A stretch of DNA of 64,000 nt from the human T2T-CHM13v2.0 reference genome, Homo sapiens. The stretch is from assembly GCF_009914755.1 (NCBI RefSeq), contig NC_060938.1, one strand, 5' to 3'. Positions 28,070 to 42,133 of this stretch are shown one piece after another. The translations under genes and the position numbers were made by a program. The notes beneath the pieces are model-generated. The model was not told the DNA's origin and ran no database searches. It saw only the letters and a program-made list of their open reading frames with translations. How positions within the stretch are numbered: position 1 is the stretch's first letter; the number at the start of each line of letters is the position of its first letter.

Positions 28070-30090
28070 CAGTGGGGCTGGGGTGTTTACCTGGAGCCTG
28101 GACGTCCACTGGGACTTGATACCCACTGGGATTTTTTTGTGTCAACCTGGTCTCTGATGTCCACCTGGGGAGTGGGTATCCACCTAAGGCCTGATGTTTA
28201 CCTGGAGCCAGATGTGCACCTGAGGCCTGATGTCTATCTGTGGCCTTATGTTCACCTGGGGACTGATGCACACCTGAAGCATAGGTATTCACCTGGGGCC
28301 TCATATCCACCTGTAGTATGGGTGTCAACCTTGGGGCTGATGTTCAGCTGGCGTCCACTGTCTACCTGGGGCCTGGTGTACACATGGGGCCTGGGCATCC
28401 ACCGGACACTTGATGTTTAATATGGTCTGGAGTTCTCTTGGGGCCTGTTGTATCCTGGAGCCTGGGTGTACACCTGGAGCCTGATGTCCCAGGTGTACAC
28501 CTGGGTCCCAGGTGATCTTCAGGCCCTAGGTGAAAACTCCAGGCTCTAAGTGGACAACGAGGCCCCACGCTGATGTTTACTGGGGCCAGATGTCTACCAG
28601 GCCCCAGGTGAAAACTCCAGGCTCCAAGTGGACTACATGGTCCCAGGTTCCAGGTAGACACTGGAATCCAAATCAACACCAGGCCCCAGATGGACACCCA
28701 GGCCTGTGGTGGACATCAGACTCCGGAAGGTCATCTGGCTCGAGGTGTATATCAAGCCCCAGGTGGACACCTAGTCCCCAGGTGGATATCAGGCCCCACT
28801 TTGACACCAGTCCCTGGGTAGATACCTAGGCCTCAGGTGGATATCCAGTCTCTAGCTAAGCATCAGGCTCCAGGTGGACCCAGGCCCCAGCTGACTGGGG
28901 ACTAGTGTTCATCTAGGGCCACATGTCCATCTGGGCCCTGGGTGTCAACTTGTAGCCTGATGTCAACCTGGGAGCTGGTGTTCACCAGAGGACTAAAGTC
29001 CTCCTGGTGCCTGATGTCCAACTTGGGACATTGTGTCCACCTGGAGACTGATGTTCACTTGGGACCAGATGTCCAACTGGAGCAAGATGTCCACCTGTAG
29101 CCTAGAACTTCACCTAAGGCCTGATGTTCCCCAGGGCCTACAGGGCCTGTGTATCTACCTAGGGACTTGTGTCCAGGTGGGGCCTGAGTTCCATCTGGGG
29201 CCTGGAATTAACCTGGGACCTGATGTCCGCCTGAGGCCTGGGTGTTCCTCTGGAGTCTGATATCTATCTGGGGCCTGGGTGTCCTCCTGTGGTCTGATGT
29301 CCACTTGAAGTCTGGTGTCCACCTGGGGCCTGGGTGTCCACTTGGTACGTGATGTGCACCTGGAACCTGAGTTTCCACCTATGGCCTGATGACCACCTGA
29401 GACCCAGGTGTCCACCTGGGGTCTGATGTCTACCTGAAGCCTAGGTAACCACCTAGGAGATGGTGTTACCTGTGCCTTGATTTCTACCTCAGCCTGCTGT
29501 ACACCTGGGGCCTGGGTGTCCATATGAGGCCTGACGTACACTTCAAGTCCAGTGTCCACTTGTGGCCTGATGTCAACTTGGAAGCTGATATCCACCTGGG
29601 GACTGATGTTCTCCTGGGGTCTGATATCCAACTGGGATCAGATGTTCACCGAAGGCCTGCAGTTAATCTGGGGCCTGATGGTCACCAGGGTCCCAGGTGT
29701 CCACCTAGGGCCTGATGTCCACGTGGAGTCTAGTATCCGCCTTGGCCCTGATGCTACTTGAGGCCTGGGTGTCTTCCTAGAACCTGAGTCCCCAGCTAGG
29801 CCCTGATGTCCACCTGAGACCTGGTGTCCTTATAGGGCCTGATATCTACCTAAGGCCTGGGTATCCTCCTGCAGCCTGATGCTCACCTGTAGGCTGGTGT
29901 CCATATGGGGCCTGGGTGTCCACCTGTGAGCCTGATGTACACCTGGAGTCCAGTGTCCCCTTGGTTACTAATACGTACCAGGAAAATGGTATATACCTGG
30001 GGCCTGATATACACCTGGAGCCTGTATGTCCACCTGAGCCCTGATGTCCACCTGGGGCCTGGTGTTTACCTGGGGCCTATATCCACCCAC
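28070..30090. repeat. Diverged 18-bp satellite-like tandem array, about 2 kb
   Basis: Consensus tgatgtccacctggggcc (variant tgggtgtccacctggggcc); block ~28490-28890 is in the opposite orientation. Confidence 0.9.
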
Positions 30091-32619
30091 TACCCAAAGT
30101 CAAGTTGGGAAAAGGGCCCAGGATAGGTGAGGAGCACAGAACAGGGACCTCATTCATAAGAAATTCTGCCGTAGAATGGGTGCTCTAAGCTCTTAAAACA
30201 GCCTCGGCCTCAGGAAAGACTGTCCAGGGCATAGGAAGCCCACACACAGGGTGGGATGACAAGTTTGCATCTGGCTCTGCTGGGAGCCCTGGGGGCCTCT
30301 GCCCTTTTGGCCGCGTTGTCTCCTGCATCTTATGTTGGTGGGATTCTGGACTCTGATTGCAGCAGGTGGATTCACTTAGCTCTCCTCCCCTTTTAGCATT
30401 ACTGTCTTCTGTAATAAACCTCTCACTTTGATCTGCCAGGCTGTCAAATGCTTTGATTGGCCTCTCTGATTTGTTCCAATGGTTCATCAATCCAAATATC
30501 CACAATAGAAGGACAGATTTTAGTCTCTTCATACAGTGGGATATTTCACAGCTATTAAAACAAATAAAATAAATGCTTGTATATTGATATGCAAAGTTGT
30601 CCCACATCAATAACTTTTAAACACATTTTATGATCCCACATCTATATCTATACATAACATTTGCCACTGCTTAAACAAAACAAAATCTGAGCTTTAAACT
30701 CCAAATGGAATTACAGAGGAGTCTTGATGTCTGTGTTCCGCAGTTCTGTCATGTTTGAAATTGTCAAATAAACATGCTGCCTTTCCAGTAGCCACTCAGA
30801 ATTCCTCCTCTCTGTCCACAAAGCATTGTCACCCTCCTTGTCCCATTTGCCCCAGCCCGGTGGAGCTTGCTGAGCTGGCACCATCATCTCTTGTAATAGA
30901 CAAAGACATTGAGGACCAGAGAGGGGAAGCACCTTGTTGACATCCCACAGCTCTGAGTCAAAGTGGACTTTGACTCCCTTACTAGCTGTTTCCTAAAGTC
31001 CAGGGAGCCCTGGAGGCCCAGGAATGTAAGGGCTGGAGCCTGGGGCTTTCTGTCCAGAAGTAGGGGAAGTGGGGCTACAGCTAACGGCTTGAGTGCATTT
31101 CCTCTCAAGTACAATAAGGGCTGCTTTGTTAGATGCAAAATATAAATGGCTGCCTGCAAATTTGTCAGGTAATGTGTTTGTCTCCCCTATGGGACTATAA
31201 ACTTGGTATAAGCAGGGATCTGTCTGAATCACCCTAGTGTCCCCAGCACCAGGCCAGAGCCTGACATATAAAATGACTGACTTCATTAAATACCAACACC
31301 TTCTAGGTGCCAGGTACTGCTCTAGATGTTGGAATCTGCAGTGCATAAGATACCCAGAATCCCTGCCCCTGTGTAGCTCTCACTGTAGTAGAGCAGAACA
31401 GATGATGAATAAATAAGCATGCAGGGTGTGAGATGGGTGGGAGAGCTGCATTGCGGAACCGGGCAGTGTGCAAAGTGGACACTCAGGAAAGAACCTGAGG
31501 GTTGAACTATGGATATGATGGAGAAAATTCACCCCTAACATGAGTGCAGACACTCTAGCTACAATAACAAGCGAAGGTGGAGAAGGAAGCACAGAGGCAA
31601 GCAGCTGGGGAAATGTGGGGGTGGGATCCAGGGAAGGTTCTCTCTTTATTGCATCTATTTTCAAATTGAAGTAGGAAGCAAGGCAGCAGGTGTAAGGAAG
31701 GCTGGGGAAGGTTTTAGAGGTTTAAGGAGGAAGGAGAAGGCACGATACTGTTGCTTGGGGACAGGGCAGCACTTCCAGAGCTGGGTGCCTGGGCTCCAGG
31801 GCAAGTCACTTCATCTCTTCCTGTGCCAGCATCTCCTCAGCTGTGAAATGGTGATTATTATAGAACAGATTCATAGAGTTTTATCATAATTAAATCAGTT
31901 GGTATTCATAAAATACTTAGATTATATATATTTTTATTAAGATAACAAATAAAGAAGTCTGGCAGACTTATGGACTCGGGAAATGAGTGAGTTTGTAGGA
32001 CATCATCCAGGGCCCACTGGAGGTTTGGGCTTGATGATTAAGTGAGAGCAAAAGGCACGTGTGTTTCTCTCTGGCTGTGCTCAGCCACCTGACTGCAGGA
32101 GCAGAGGGAGCGGGTGGCTGGCTTTCAGCAGAGTGCAGTTTTGCCCTGGGAGCACAATTAATTGTGGGGCAAGAGAGTGGAGAGTGTTAGAGAGGGTGGA
32201 TGACAGGCTGGACCATATAGTCTCAGCTGGGAGGAGGGGAAATTTGCAAGAAACAGAGTGAGACACAAAAGTGAAAATTTGGAGTCATTGAAGTGTCTTG
32301 GATTTGGGAGGCAGCTGGAAAAAGGAAAGTTGTGGTCAAAAAAAGCGTGTTTGAAATTGAGGGTCTGGAGTAGCTACAGTTTCTGCAGTGACAAGGACAA
32401 GAATATACAGGTAGGAGTGGGTGACTCAGGGAGGGTGGAGACAAGGTCTCTAGGTGTGGAGGGACCAAGAGCCAGAGCATGAGGAGGACTCTCTATGTGC
32501 ATGTTGGAATCACCTCAGCAGGAAAAAGTGCCCATGAACTGGGAGCTAAGTCTTCAATGCATAGGGATGTGGCACTGGGTGCAATCTGAGGGCAAGAGCT
32601 TCAATATTGATTCCCTTCG

Positions 32620-33242
32620 TGTGTCACTGTGTCCTTGGGTAATTTTTCTTTGTGTGAACGTCACAGAGTGTGCTTACACACACCTCAATATTGTACCTAC
32701 TGTACACCTAGGCTCTATGGCACAGCCTACCGCTCTCAGGCTGCACACCTGGGCACAGGTTACTGCAGTGAATATTGTTGGCAGTTGTAGCACAATGGTC
32801 AGTACTTGCACATCTAAACATATCATGAAAAGTACAGTAAAAACATAGTATTGCACTATATAAAAATGTAGTATGGTACCTAGACATGGTGCACTGGTCT
32901 AGGACACTTACCATGAATGGAATGTGCAGGGCTGGAAACTTCTCTGGGTGAGTCAGTGAGTGGTGAGTGAAGATGAATTCCTAGGGCATGACTGTGCACT
33001 ACTGTAGATTTTATAAACACTGGACACTTAGGCTACACTACAAGACATATATTTCTTTTTCTATAGAATTATAAATCTTTTTTAATAAATATATTTTTAA
33101 AGTAACTGTGCCATAACGTTACAATTGTTATGTCACTGGGCTAGGCAGTAGGTGTCTTTCGGCTCCATTATAGTTTCATGGATCCACCACTGCACATGCG
33201 ATCTGGGTTGATGGAAACATCATTTCATGGCACATGAATGTA
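32620..33242. mobile_element. Tigger3-like (TcMar-Tigger) DNA transposon
   Basis: gtgtgaacgtcacagagtgtgcttacaca...tacacctaggctctatgg...ctgggtgagtcagtgagtggtgagtgaa...tggcacatgaatgta. Confidence 0.8.
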
Positions 33243-34635
33243 TTTTTATGGGAGAGCAGGATGATGAGCTGAAAGAGGGAGGCAATGAGAAGCAAGGAGG
33301 ACCTATCCTGCTCAGGTCCAGGGAAGGGCTGCAGCAGAGGACCACAAGGCAGCAGTGTCCTCAGGGGATTGGGCCTGTTACTCACAGCAAGGAAGAAAAG
33401 GAAGAGTTCCCTGAGGCTGCTGAAAACCAGGGGGCTGCTGGTGCTGGAGCAGGATGTTGAGGACATGCAAAAGGGTTTCAGCAAGGGAGGGAGGGAGGAT
33501 GGAACTGGGGAGTGAGGGTCAGCCCAAGATAACCAGGCCTCTCCCAGGAATCTTCTGGCCACTCAGAAGCAGTGGTGATGCCCACTTGAGCCCACAAAGG
33601 GCACCCAGTGCCCAGCATGAGAACCTGGCTTGCTTATTGTCCAGCCCTGACACAGTCCAGCCATTGCTGGCACCTACTGTAGCCCCTAAGATGGATCAGC
33701 CTGGCCAGGTCCTCAACAGCCCTCACTGAGGCAGGTAAAAACACAGGCACCTGTGATAAGAGGCAGGCAGAGGTAAGTCACATAGTAGTGGCAGACCAGG
33801 TGCTGCAGGAGCCCAGTCAGATGGGCACTGAATCCAGGCAGGCTTTCTAGAGGCAGTGACTCAGGATTTGTGTTCCAGTTGTGTTGGTGGCACATCCAGG
33901 AAGCAGCGCATGGTCCAGCTGGGCACATTGGGAATGGAGGCTGTTTTTTTGTTTTTGTTTTTGAGATGGAGTCTCACTCTGTCTCCAGGCTGGAGTGCAG
34001 TGTCATGATCTAAGCTCACTGGAGGAGGCTGGTTTTTAATGAGTCTTGAAGCCAAGGCAAGGGTCATGACCAGGATCCAGCCTCAGTAATACATTCACCC
34101 CTTCACCCTGGGGCACTGCTGCAGGCCCACCATCACCAGCCTACATTTGCTCCCCTCCTGCCCTCTCTTCCCAGGAAGCCCCTCACCTGTCACTTCATGA
34201 AGAATATGGAAGCCAAGGAGGTCTTCTTCAAGCATTCCTCTCCACCCATGCACTTCCTCCCTCCCTGCCAGCTTCAAAGGAATTGATGTCCAGAGAGACC
34301 TTCCCCAGTTGCCCCACCTTTCCATCAGCCCCTTCCAGGAACTGTCCTCTGACGTCTCTCTGTCTAGATCTCCCTGTCACTCTTGTGCACACCAAGACTG
34401 TTCTCCCTTTTCCTGTCAGCCACTGAGTCCACTCAGATATCTTCTGCTTCCCAAAATTAAAATTACAAACCAAAACAGAAACAGCTTCCATGGCCTTACA
34501 CATTGTAGACACCTGGCTACAGCAGTGAATGACATAGACAAAGTCTCTTTCCTCATGTAGCCCTCATGCCAGTAGAGTGAAACAGGTAATAAATAAACTA
34601 GTCAAATGTTCAGCATGTGAGTTGGTGATGAGAGG

Positions 34636-34775
34636 ATGGTGCTTCATGCCTGTAATCCTAGTGCTTTGGGAGGCCGAGATGCGAGGATGGTTGAGGTCAG
34701 GAATTTGAGACCAGTCTGGGTAACATAGTGAGACCCTGTATCTACAAAAAATAAAATAAAATAAAATAAAATAAA
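34636..34775 (+). mobile_element. Alu monomer (FLAM-like) with (TAAAA)n tail
   Basis: Left-arm sequence only. Confidence 0.75.
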
Positions 34776-37700
34776 GGAAAAGTGGAGGATAGAATGTATC
34801 AGTAGGAAAGGGGGATGGGAGAGCCACATTTTAGACAAGGTGGTCCAGGAGGGTATAGCTCCAACCACTATTCCTCTGGCCCATTCCACATCTATCCCCA
34901 TCCCACCCCCTGCACAGTCCTTGGGTCAAAGCCTCTCAGTCCTGTTTGTATTTCTACAAGAGTGATCCAGGGACCAACTGCATCAGAACTGTGGGGTGAG
35001 GTCACAGCCCCTGCCTGTGAGAAGCGAAGATTCCTCTGCCTGAACCAGAATCCCTGGGAACAGGACCCAGGAATTTCCCAAGATCTCTGGGGGACTCTGA
35101 GACAGCCCAAAGTATGGGAGCTGCAGATTTCCTCCTGAAAAGGGAGCACTGTTTCAAGGGGTCCAGGTCACCCAGCTCTACCTTGTAGCCACCAGACCAG
35201 TCTGAGCCTTGGAGAATGCTGCTCTTTCCTCCTGGAATGCCCTTCCCAGCGTTCCTTGCCTGGTAACTCTTACACATCCCTCAAGACCCAACTCAAGGGC
35301 CACCTCCTCCTGACATCACTCCCTGAACTTTCTCCTGTGTTTCCATTCTCTTCTTCACCAACTGATGTTGACATTTCTATGGGACTATCTCTCTCTCTCT
35401 AGACCAGAAACGCCTACAGTTGCAGCCCCCTGTAGTGCAATTTGTGTCAGTCTGGGGAGAGTGGATTTGGAGCCCAACCACCATTGAGGAAAATCCGTCT
35501 GATGGACATGGTGGGTTCCAGCCCAGACGCAGGGCTCAGCGAGTGGTGGTGTGACAGTGAGCACAGACCCTGAGTGGTGGTGAGAGTGGCTGTCATGGGG
35601 AGGAAAGGAATGGAAAACGGACCTCATGGGAGCAGAAAGAAAGGCCTTAGCTGCAGATGGGCCAGGACCCCGCCAGGAATCCAGAACATGCATCATAATC
35701 CCAGCTCCGCTATAAGTCCACGGCGGAACCCTGGCAACGATGTTCCCCTTTCTGAGCCTCATTTTACTCATCAGTAAAATGGTGACAATAACTCCAATTT
35801 CACCAAGGAGATGCAAGGCTCAATGAGATGATGGATCTGAAAATGTCTTATGTACCATGGCGCAAAGGAGAGGGACTCCTGACATGTGACAAGCACAGGG
35901 AGAGAGGAAGGATGGGGTCTGTAAATGGCCAGGTGGCAGCCCCACCCCTCCACACACACAAAAACCCACCGTGTCACCCACACTAGTGATTTTCCCAGGA
36001 GGGCCCCCGGCCTGGAATTAGCACTGCCAGGTGGGCAGGGAGGACTGCTGTCCCATTACAGGGGTGAGGAAACAGGCTGCGGATGGTCCCACAGGGAATA
36101 AGGAGCAGGGTCTAGCTCCCCACTGCAGGCAGTGAAGACTGAAGTTGCTCCCTGGGAAGAGGAAGGGAGGCATTGACTGGCACTCCGTGATTTAAATGAG
36201 AAGCCCAGGCTCAGCCCGGTGACTTGAGCTTCCTGATGTAGAAGGTGAAGGATGCAGAGCAGACAGAAGGCAGGAGGAAGAAGATAAGGAAGAGAGCAGC
36301 AAACTGGAGTCACTACAGGACACTAGCTGCTCCAGGCTGCTCTGTCCCACTCTAAGAGAAAAGAAAAAGTGGGAGAGGGGATCACAGATCATGCCCAGAT
36401 TCCTCACCAGCATAGATGCTGCTATGGAAACATCCCTGATGGTCCAGGTTTGTGGTGGAAGAGATTGCAACGCTCTGCTTCCTGGAAATCTGTGTTTACA
36501 GCCAACACAGTTGCTACCCGAGACAGCCCCACCTGAAGACCCCAGAGCTATCCCAGCTTGCCAGCCTTCCCCTCCTCCTGTTATCACCCCATGCTGCTGA
36601 GAACCTACCTGGCAGGCTGCCCAGCCAAGGCCAGGGCCTAATCTCAAGTAAAACTGACATGTCCTCATGAGGGCTGAGGAACATCCTCTCTCCCCACAGA
36701 GCCTCACTCAGGTTCTCATCTACTTCCTTGGGGTCTGTCCCGCCTCCCTCAGGAGTTTGGAACCACATACTGTTCTGGAGGGGACCTCCCACTGCTGCCG
36801 AACCTGTCCTCCAGGATACCCACAAGTGTTCATCTCGGTCGTGGCTAATTAACTTATCATATGGTAGTGAACTACCTTCTGGGGCCCCAATATTTTATTT
36901 TTTAAAAATAAAATTAGTACCATTTTTTATTTTCTGAATGTACAGAAATATTTGTCTGATTATTATTTACATGCCCTTTGGGAAAACTTTATAAAATAAA
37001 AAAATATGAAGGAGAATCCTACCAGACAGAGATAATCACTTTAATTATTTTTCTATTCATATTTGCACATACAGGTATATATGGGATCATGCTCTGTATC
37101 TGTTGAGAGTGCATTAATCTGAAAGTTCAGTCACTTAAACAAAGACAGGTTCATTTTTCTTACGTAGTTAGAATATCTATGGTTCCTGGCTATGGTTCAC
37201 TGGTTCAACAATTTTAGGCCCAGCATCTTTGTGAGTCTATTGGAATTTAGCTCATGGCTGTAAGACGGTTACTGCAGCTCCAACCACTACATGAGTTTAC
37301 AAGGCCAGCAAAAGCAGTCACTTCCGTATTCTTATTAGAAAAGCAAGAACTTCAGAGGTGACCCCCAGAGGATTTCTCTTTAGGTCTGGAAATCTGTGTT
37401 TAGATTGGCCAGAACCTGATCTCATGACCATCCCTAGCAGTAGAGAATAGCAATGTCATGATTGACTTTGGATCAATCATAATTTATTGACTGAGAGTGC
37501 ACATGTGGTCCCCCAAAGAAGATCAAGAAAGGAGGGAATTTGCAGTGTGTACTACAGTATGCATGCTGTTTTATAATCTGCTCTTTCTCTTCATTGCATA
37601 TTTCAAACAGGATTCCATACTGAGAAATATAGATTCAGTCATTCATTTAACAACAAATTATTGAGAGTGTACTGTGTTCCAGGAACTTAACTTGTCATGG

Positions 37701-38077
37701 AGGACACAATAATGAACATAGTATACTCCTTGCCTCCATGGAGCTTAGCATCTAATGAGGGATACAGAAACTCATCAAAGAGGTTCACAAAGAAATGGAA
37801 AATTACGACTGTAATTTGTGCTGAAAAGGTGGGAGGTGTGTGGTGTGTGAGAGCAGGGACAGGAGATTTGACTCAATCAGGAGGGAGTGTGTTCTGAATG
37901 GCCATAAGCCATCCCCTTGCCTAGCTGTAGCACAATTATTTAGCCAATCTCTTATTGCTGGACATTTACATTCTTCCCACATCTTACCTACTATCATCAA
38001 TGCAACAATAAATATCCTTCTCTAAGTATCACTTGGCACACTTGTCTGATTATTTCCTCAGTATAAATTCCTAGGGT

Positions 38078-38207
38078 AAAGCCAGGCACCATGGTTCATG
38101 CCAGTAATCACAGCTACTCAGGAGGCCAAAGTGGGAGGATCACTCGTGGCCAGTAGTTCGTGGCCAGCCTGGGCAACATAGGGAAGTCTTGACTCAAAAA
38201 AAAAAAA
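38078..38207 (+). mobile_element. Alu monomer (FLAM-like)
   Basis: Left-arm sequence with A tail. Confidence 0.7.
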
Positions 38208-38260
38208 TCCTAGAAGAAATGAACAATTCTTAGATGTCGAATTGCCAGATCAAGGGGTGT

Positions 38261-38705
38261 ACCATCACCATCCCCATACTCACCATCACTATCCTCATTA
38301 TCATCATCAGTCTCACCCTCACCATTCTCACCAGCATCAGCAGCAGCATCCCCACCATAACTATCAGTATCATCACCACCTTCACTATCACCATCCTCAC
38401 CATCACCATCATCATCACTATCACCACCACCATTTTCACCATCACCATCCTGACCATCACCATCATTATCACCTCATCACCACCATCTTTACCATCACCA
38501 TCACCATGCTCACCTTCACCATTCTCACCATCATCATCATCATCCTCAGCATAACTATCACTATCATTATCACCACCTTCACCATCGCCTTCCTCACCAT
38601 CACCATTATCACCATCGCTATCCTCACCATCATCAACATAACTATCACTATCATTATCACCACCTTCACCATCACCGTCATCATCATCATCATCACAACC
38701 ACAAT
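38261..38705. repeat. Second (CAT/CAC)n degenerate trinucleotide array
   Basis: About 445 bp; source of the spurious poly-His and Thr/Ile ORFs. Confidence 0.95.
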
Positions 38706-41700
38706 TATGAAAATCTTGGAGGAAAAGGAAGGAGGTAGCATATTAAAATACAGGTACTTTGATGAGGAAGAACAGGCAGAGTTGAAGCTGGGGAGGGGAT
38801 ATCAAACAATGGAGACCCCCAGAACATAAAACTAAGAAGCTCAGGCTTTGCCCAGAATCAGAGGCATCCTTGAAGGTTTATCAGCAGGAGAGTATGCAGT
38901 CAGATTTGTGTTTAGGCAGAACATTGAGCAATCCTCAGAAGGAAGAAGCAGAGGGAGGGAAGCCCACAGAGGAGACAGAACCTTCAACACCAGCCAGGGT
39001 CCTGGTCCTGGGTCCAGCAGAAATGAGGAACGGGAGGCTCATGGGTAAAGGCTGAAGCCAGGCAGGGAAAGGCCTCACTCTCCCTGCCACTCCTTTCCCT
39101 GCTCCCCACTTTCCTGTCCCGTCTTTGCTAATAGGCTCAGCATCTCCAACTGCACCCACCCACTAGGTTTGCCCCAATTCCTCCTCCTCTCTCATGCCTG
39201 AGGCCCAGGTGGCTTCCAGAGCTGACCAGGTCTACTTTAGAATTTTAGTGAGATAATCTGGGTAGAAGTGCTGGTGCCCTGCCAGCCACAGCAGGTATTC
39301 CTCATATGGTAAACTGGAACCGTCTTCTCAGTTCCTACAGCCTTGGGTTCAAATTCTGCCTAATCCAGATGACCACCATCTCTCATCTGAGCAGAGAAGC
39401 CTCCCACTGGTCTCGCTGCCCCAGACCATCCTCTTTCCAGATATCAGCCTGATAATTTTCTCAAACTGCAAACCTGGTCATGTCCCTCCCTTGTCCCTTT
39501 GACTAAAGGGTAAGATCCAAATCCCTTAGCATAACATCCCAGGCACTGAGGAGCTGAGGCCCGTCCATTTCCACCCTGACTTGTTCCCCTCCCCGTCTAG
39601 TAGCATTGCTGACAGACTTGCCTTGTCCTTTCACCACATGGCTTCGATCCTGTTGCTCTTCTGCCTGGAGCGTCTTCCCACATCTTCTCTGCCTGGTGAA
39701 TTTCTACTTAACCTACAAAGCCAAGCTCACCTTCTCTGTGAATCCTACTTCCTCCCCATCATGCCACAAATTGTCTCTCTCACTAGACCTCCAGCCCCTA
39801 ATAATCAGGGACAGTTTAATTCATGTTGGAAATGGCTACTCCTCACTGAATTACCCTAATTAGCTAGTTATATTCCCTTATGTTTATGTTTCCCCATTTA
39901 TTGACGCTTTCCACAAGCCAGGCACTGAGATCCAGGGCAGGACCCTGAGGGTAGGACAAGCGTGAGCACTGAAGGCTACAATGGCACAGGCACCAAGAGG
40001 CCATGTAGGATGCAGGAAGCCTCATGTCTAGAGTGTCTTCGTGGTTTACCATGCGCTTTCCTCCCTTCCCTTATTGGAGTCACCTTGTGCTGGTTTTGAT
40101 AGCCTGTGTCCCTGAAACATGCACTCCCACACACACAAACAGACCCGCACCTATCCACATGTACCTGCCCATACATGCACAGACCTCCCTGTGTATCCCC
40201 CAGAGCCACAAATGCCAATCTTGAGAATGAAGATTTCGCAAGTGCTCTGTGCCAGGCATGATACCAGGTCCCTGACAACACAAGACCCTTCTGGTTTCTC
40301 CCACTCAGCAGTGCAAGGTTCGGGGTTGAGGAGCTCTACTTGCCAAGGTCACAGACGGGGAACATGAGGTAACAGCTATTTGAAAGTAAGCCTGTAGGTC
40401 ACCAAAACATATGCCATCTGCACCCCACCAGACTGCCTCCTCCACAGCACATGAAGACATGAGTCTATCAACTCTGACTCATTAGTACCCAGCAATATTT
40501 CCTCCTCCACTTCGCTTCCCACTGCCACTCCAGTATCTCTGCCCACAGTCCCAGGGCCACCTCTGCTTAACGGAGAGGTCAGGACAGATGCTCCGTTCCA
40601 CCCGATGCCATCTTCCAGGGTGCAGCCTCCTCACAGAGAAGAGGACTACCATGGCTAGTGGTGACATGGGTGGCTCTGGCCCCCAGGACTTCTCCCCGGG
40701 ACCTCTGCTCAGGACATGGTACGGACAGAGGTGAGGTTACCATAAACTGCCTTGGAAATGACTACAAACCAGGTGAGACCATTCCAGCACCTAACACACT
40801 GACAGCCCAGGGTGGGCCCACAGAAGGGGAAGGGCTAGGAAGACCAGGGCCGCAGGAGTTCCCCCTCCCTGAGTCCTTGAGCACAGCCACCCAGGTCTAA
40901 AGGACAATATGGGGGTTCTGGGGATTCCCAAGCCTGGGCCCTAGAGGTGAGTTCTAGCAGGGCCCCCAGATATCCTCCCCATCCATCCCCTCATCCTGTG
41001 TCACATATTGTAAAAACAAGGAAACTGAGGCCTAGAGAGGGAAGGGGCTTGAGCAGTATCCCAGGCAGTTAAGAGACAGAGCCCAAGTTAGAATCCATGT
41101 TTGTCTCATTTCTTCCCCCTAGGTCTGTCTCTGACTAGCTATGTGACCTTGGAAGTGTCACTCCACCTCTCTGGGCATTGAAGGTTTACAACTTCTGACA
41201 TGTTCATTCCAGAGGGTTGTCAGGACCTGAAAGCACATCATCTAAATAAAACACTCTACGGTCTGCAAATATTCATATATCTCTTCTGTTGTCTGAACTC
41301 TGTAATACCCCTAGGAGGCTGTGAAAATTGGTGCTTGTGTCCTATTATGCAGATGAAAATACTGGACTCAGAAAGACAAAGATCACACAGAAAGTTTGGG
41401 ACAGGGCTGGAACTAGCACCCAGGTCTCCCAAAGCAGAGTCCTTGCCATCACTAAGGCTAGGAATACATTAAGACTCCAAAATATGGAGAGTTGCTCAAT
41501 GCATGCCACCAAGGTTAGAGCTGACCAACCCCAGAATGCTCAGCAGCTCTGAGACCCTGGAGTGGAGGACTCAAGGCAGAGGGTGATGCCTAAGTCACAC
41601 ACATCTGAGCTCCAATCCAAACTCTACGCAGCTGTGTGTCCCCACTTTATGAGGCTCAGCATTCTCTACTACAAAGTGAAACTATAGAAGGTACCAAAAA

Positions 41701-41875
41701 GCTCAGGATGAGGGGAGAACTTCACCCTGAATGCAGGACTGCCAGGCAGGTGGTAAGCACTCATTAGCTTTTGTTTCAAGCACACAAATCATATGTTATT
41801 TTTCATCATGTCTCCCCATGGTGTCTAGTCTATGGCTCCAGAACCAGGAGGCTTCTGATCAATCCTTATGCTAAA

Positions 41876-42000
41876 TGATGGACAGATAGATGGATGGGTG
41901 GTTGGACAAATAAATGGATGGATGCATGGATTGATAGATTGATGCTGGGATGAATGGATGGATGAATAGATGGATGAATGGATAAATGAATGGACGGGTG
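41876..42000. repeat. (TGGA)n simple repeat
   Basis: tggatggatgaatagatgg... Confidence 0.85.
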
Positions 42001-42133
42001 CTCAGAAGAGAATACCGAATAAAACAGGGAGTCAAAATGAAAATAACAAGATGATTGAAGGATGGGGCTGATACATGGAAGAGAGGAACAAGATCCAGCC
42101 CTTCTGGCTCCACTCACACCCACAACCACATAC

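Noticed and set aside
27996-30126. Repetitive ORFs (PDVHLG, QVDIRP)
   Set aside because: The 18-bp unit gives a 6-aa period with frequent stops; a satellite artefact
36700-36863. Exon-like segment after ctctctccccacag, possibly a lncRNA exon
   Set aside because: Only a plausible acceptor; the donor is weak and there is no recognisable homology or transcript evidence
38230-38829. Poly-His 195-aa ORF
   Set aside because: Translation of the second (CAT/CAC)n array
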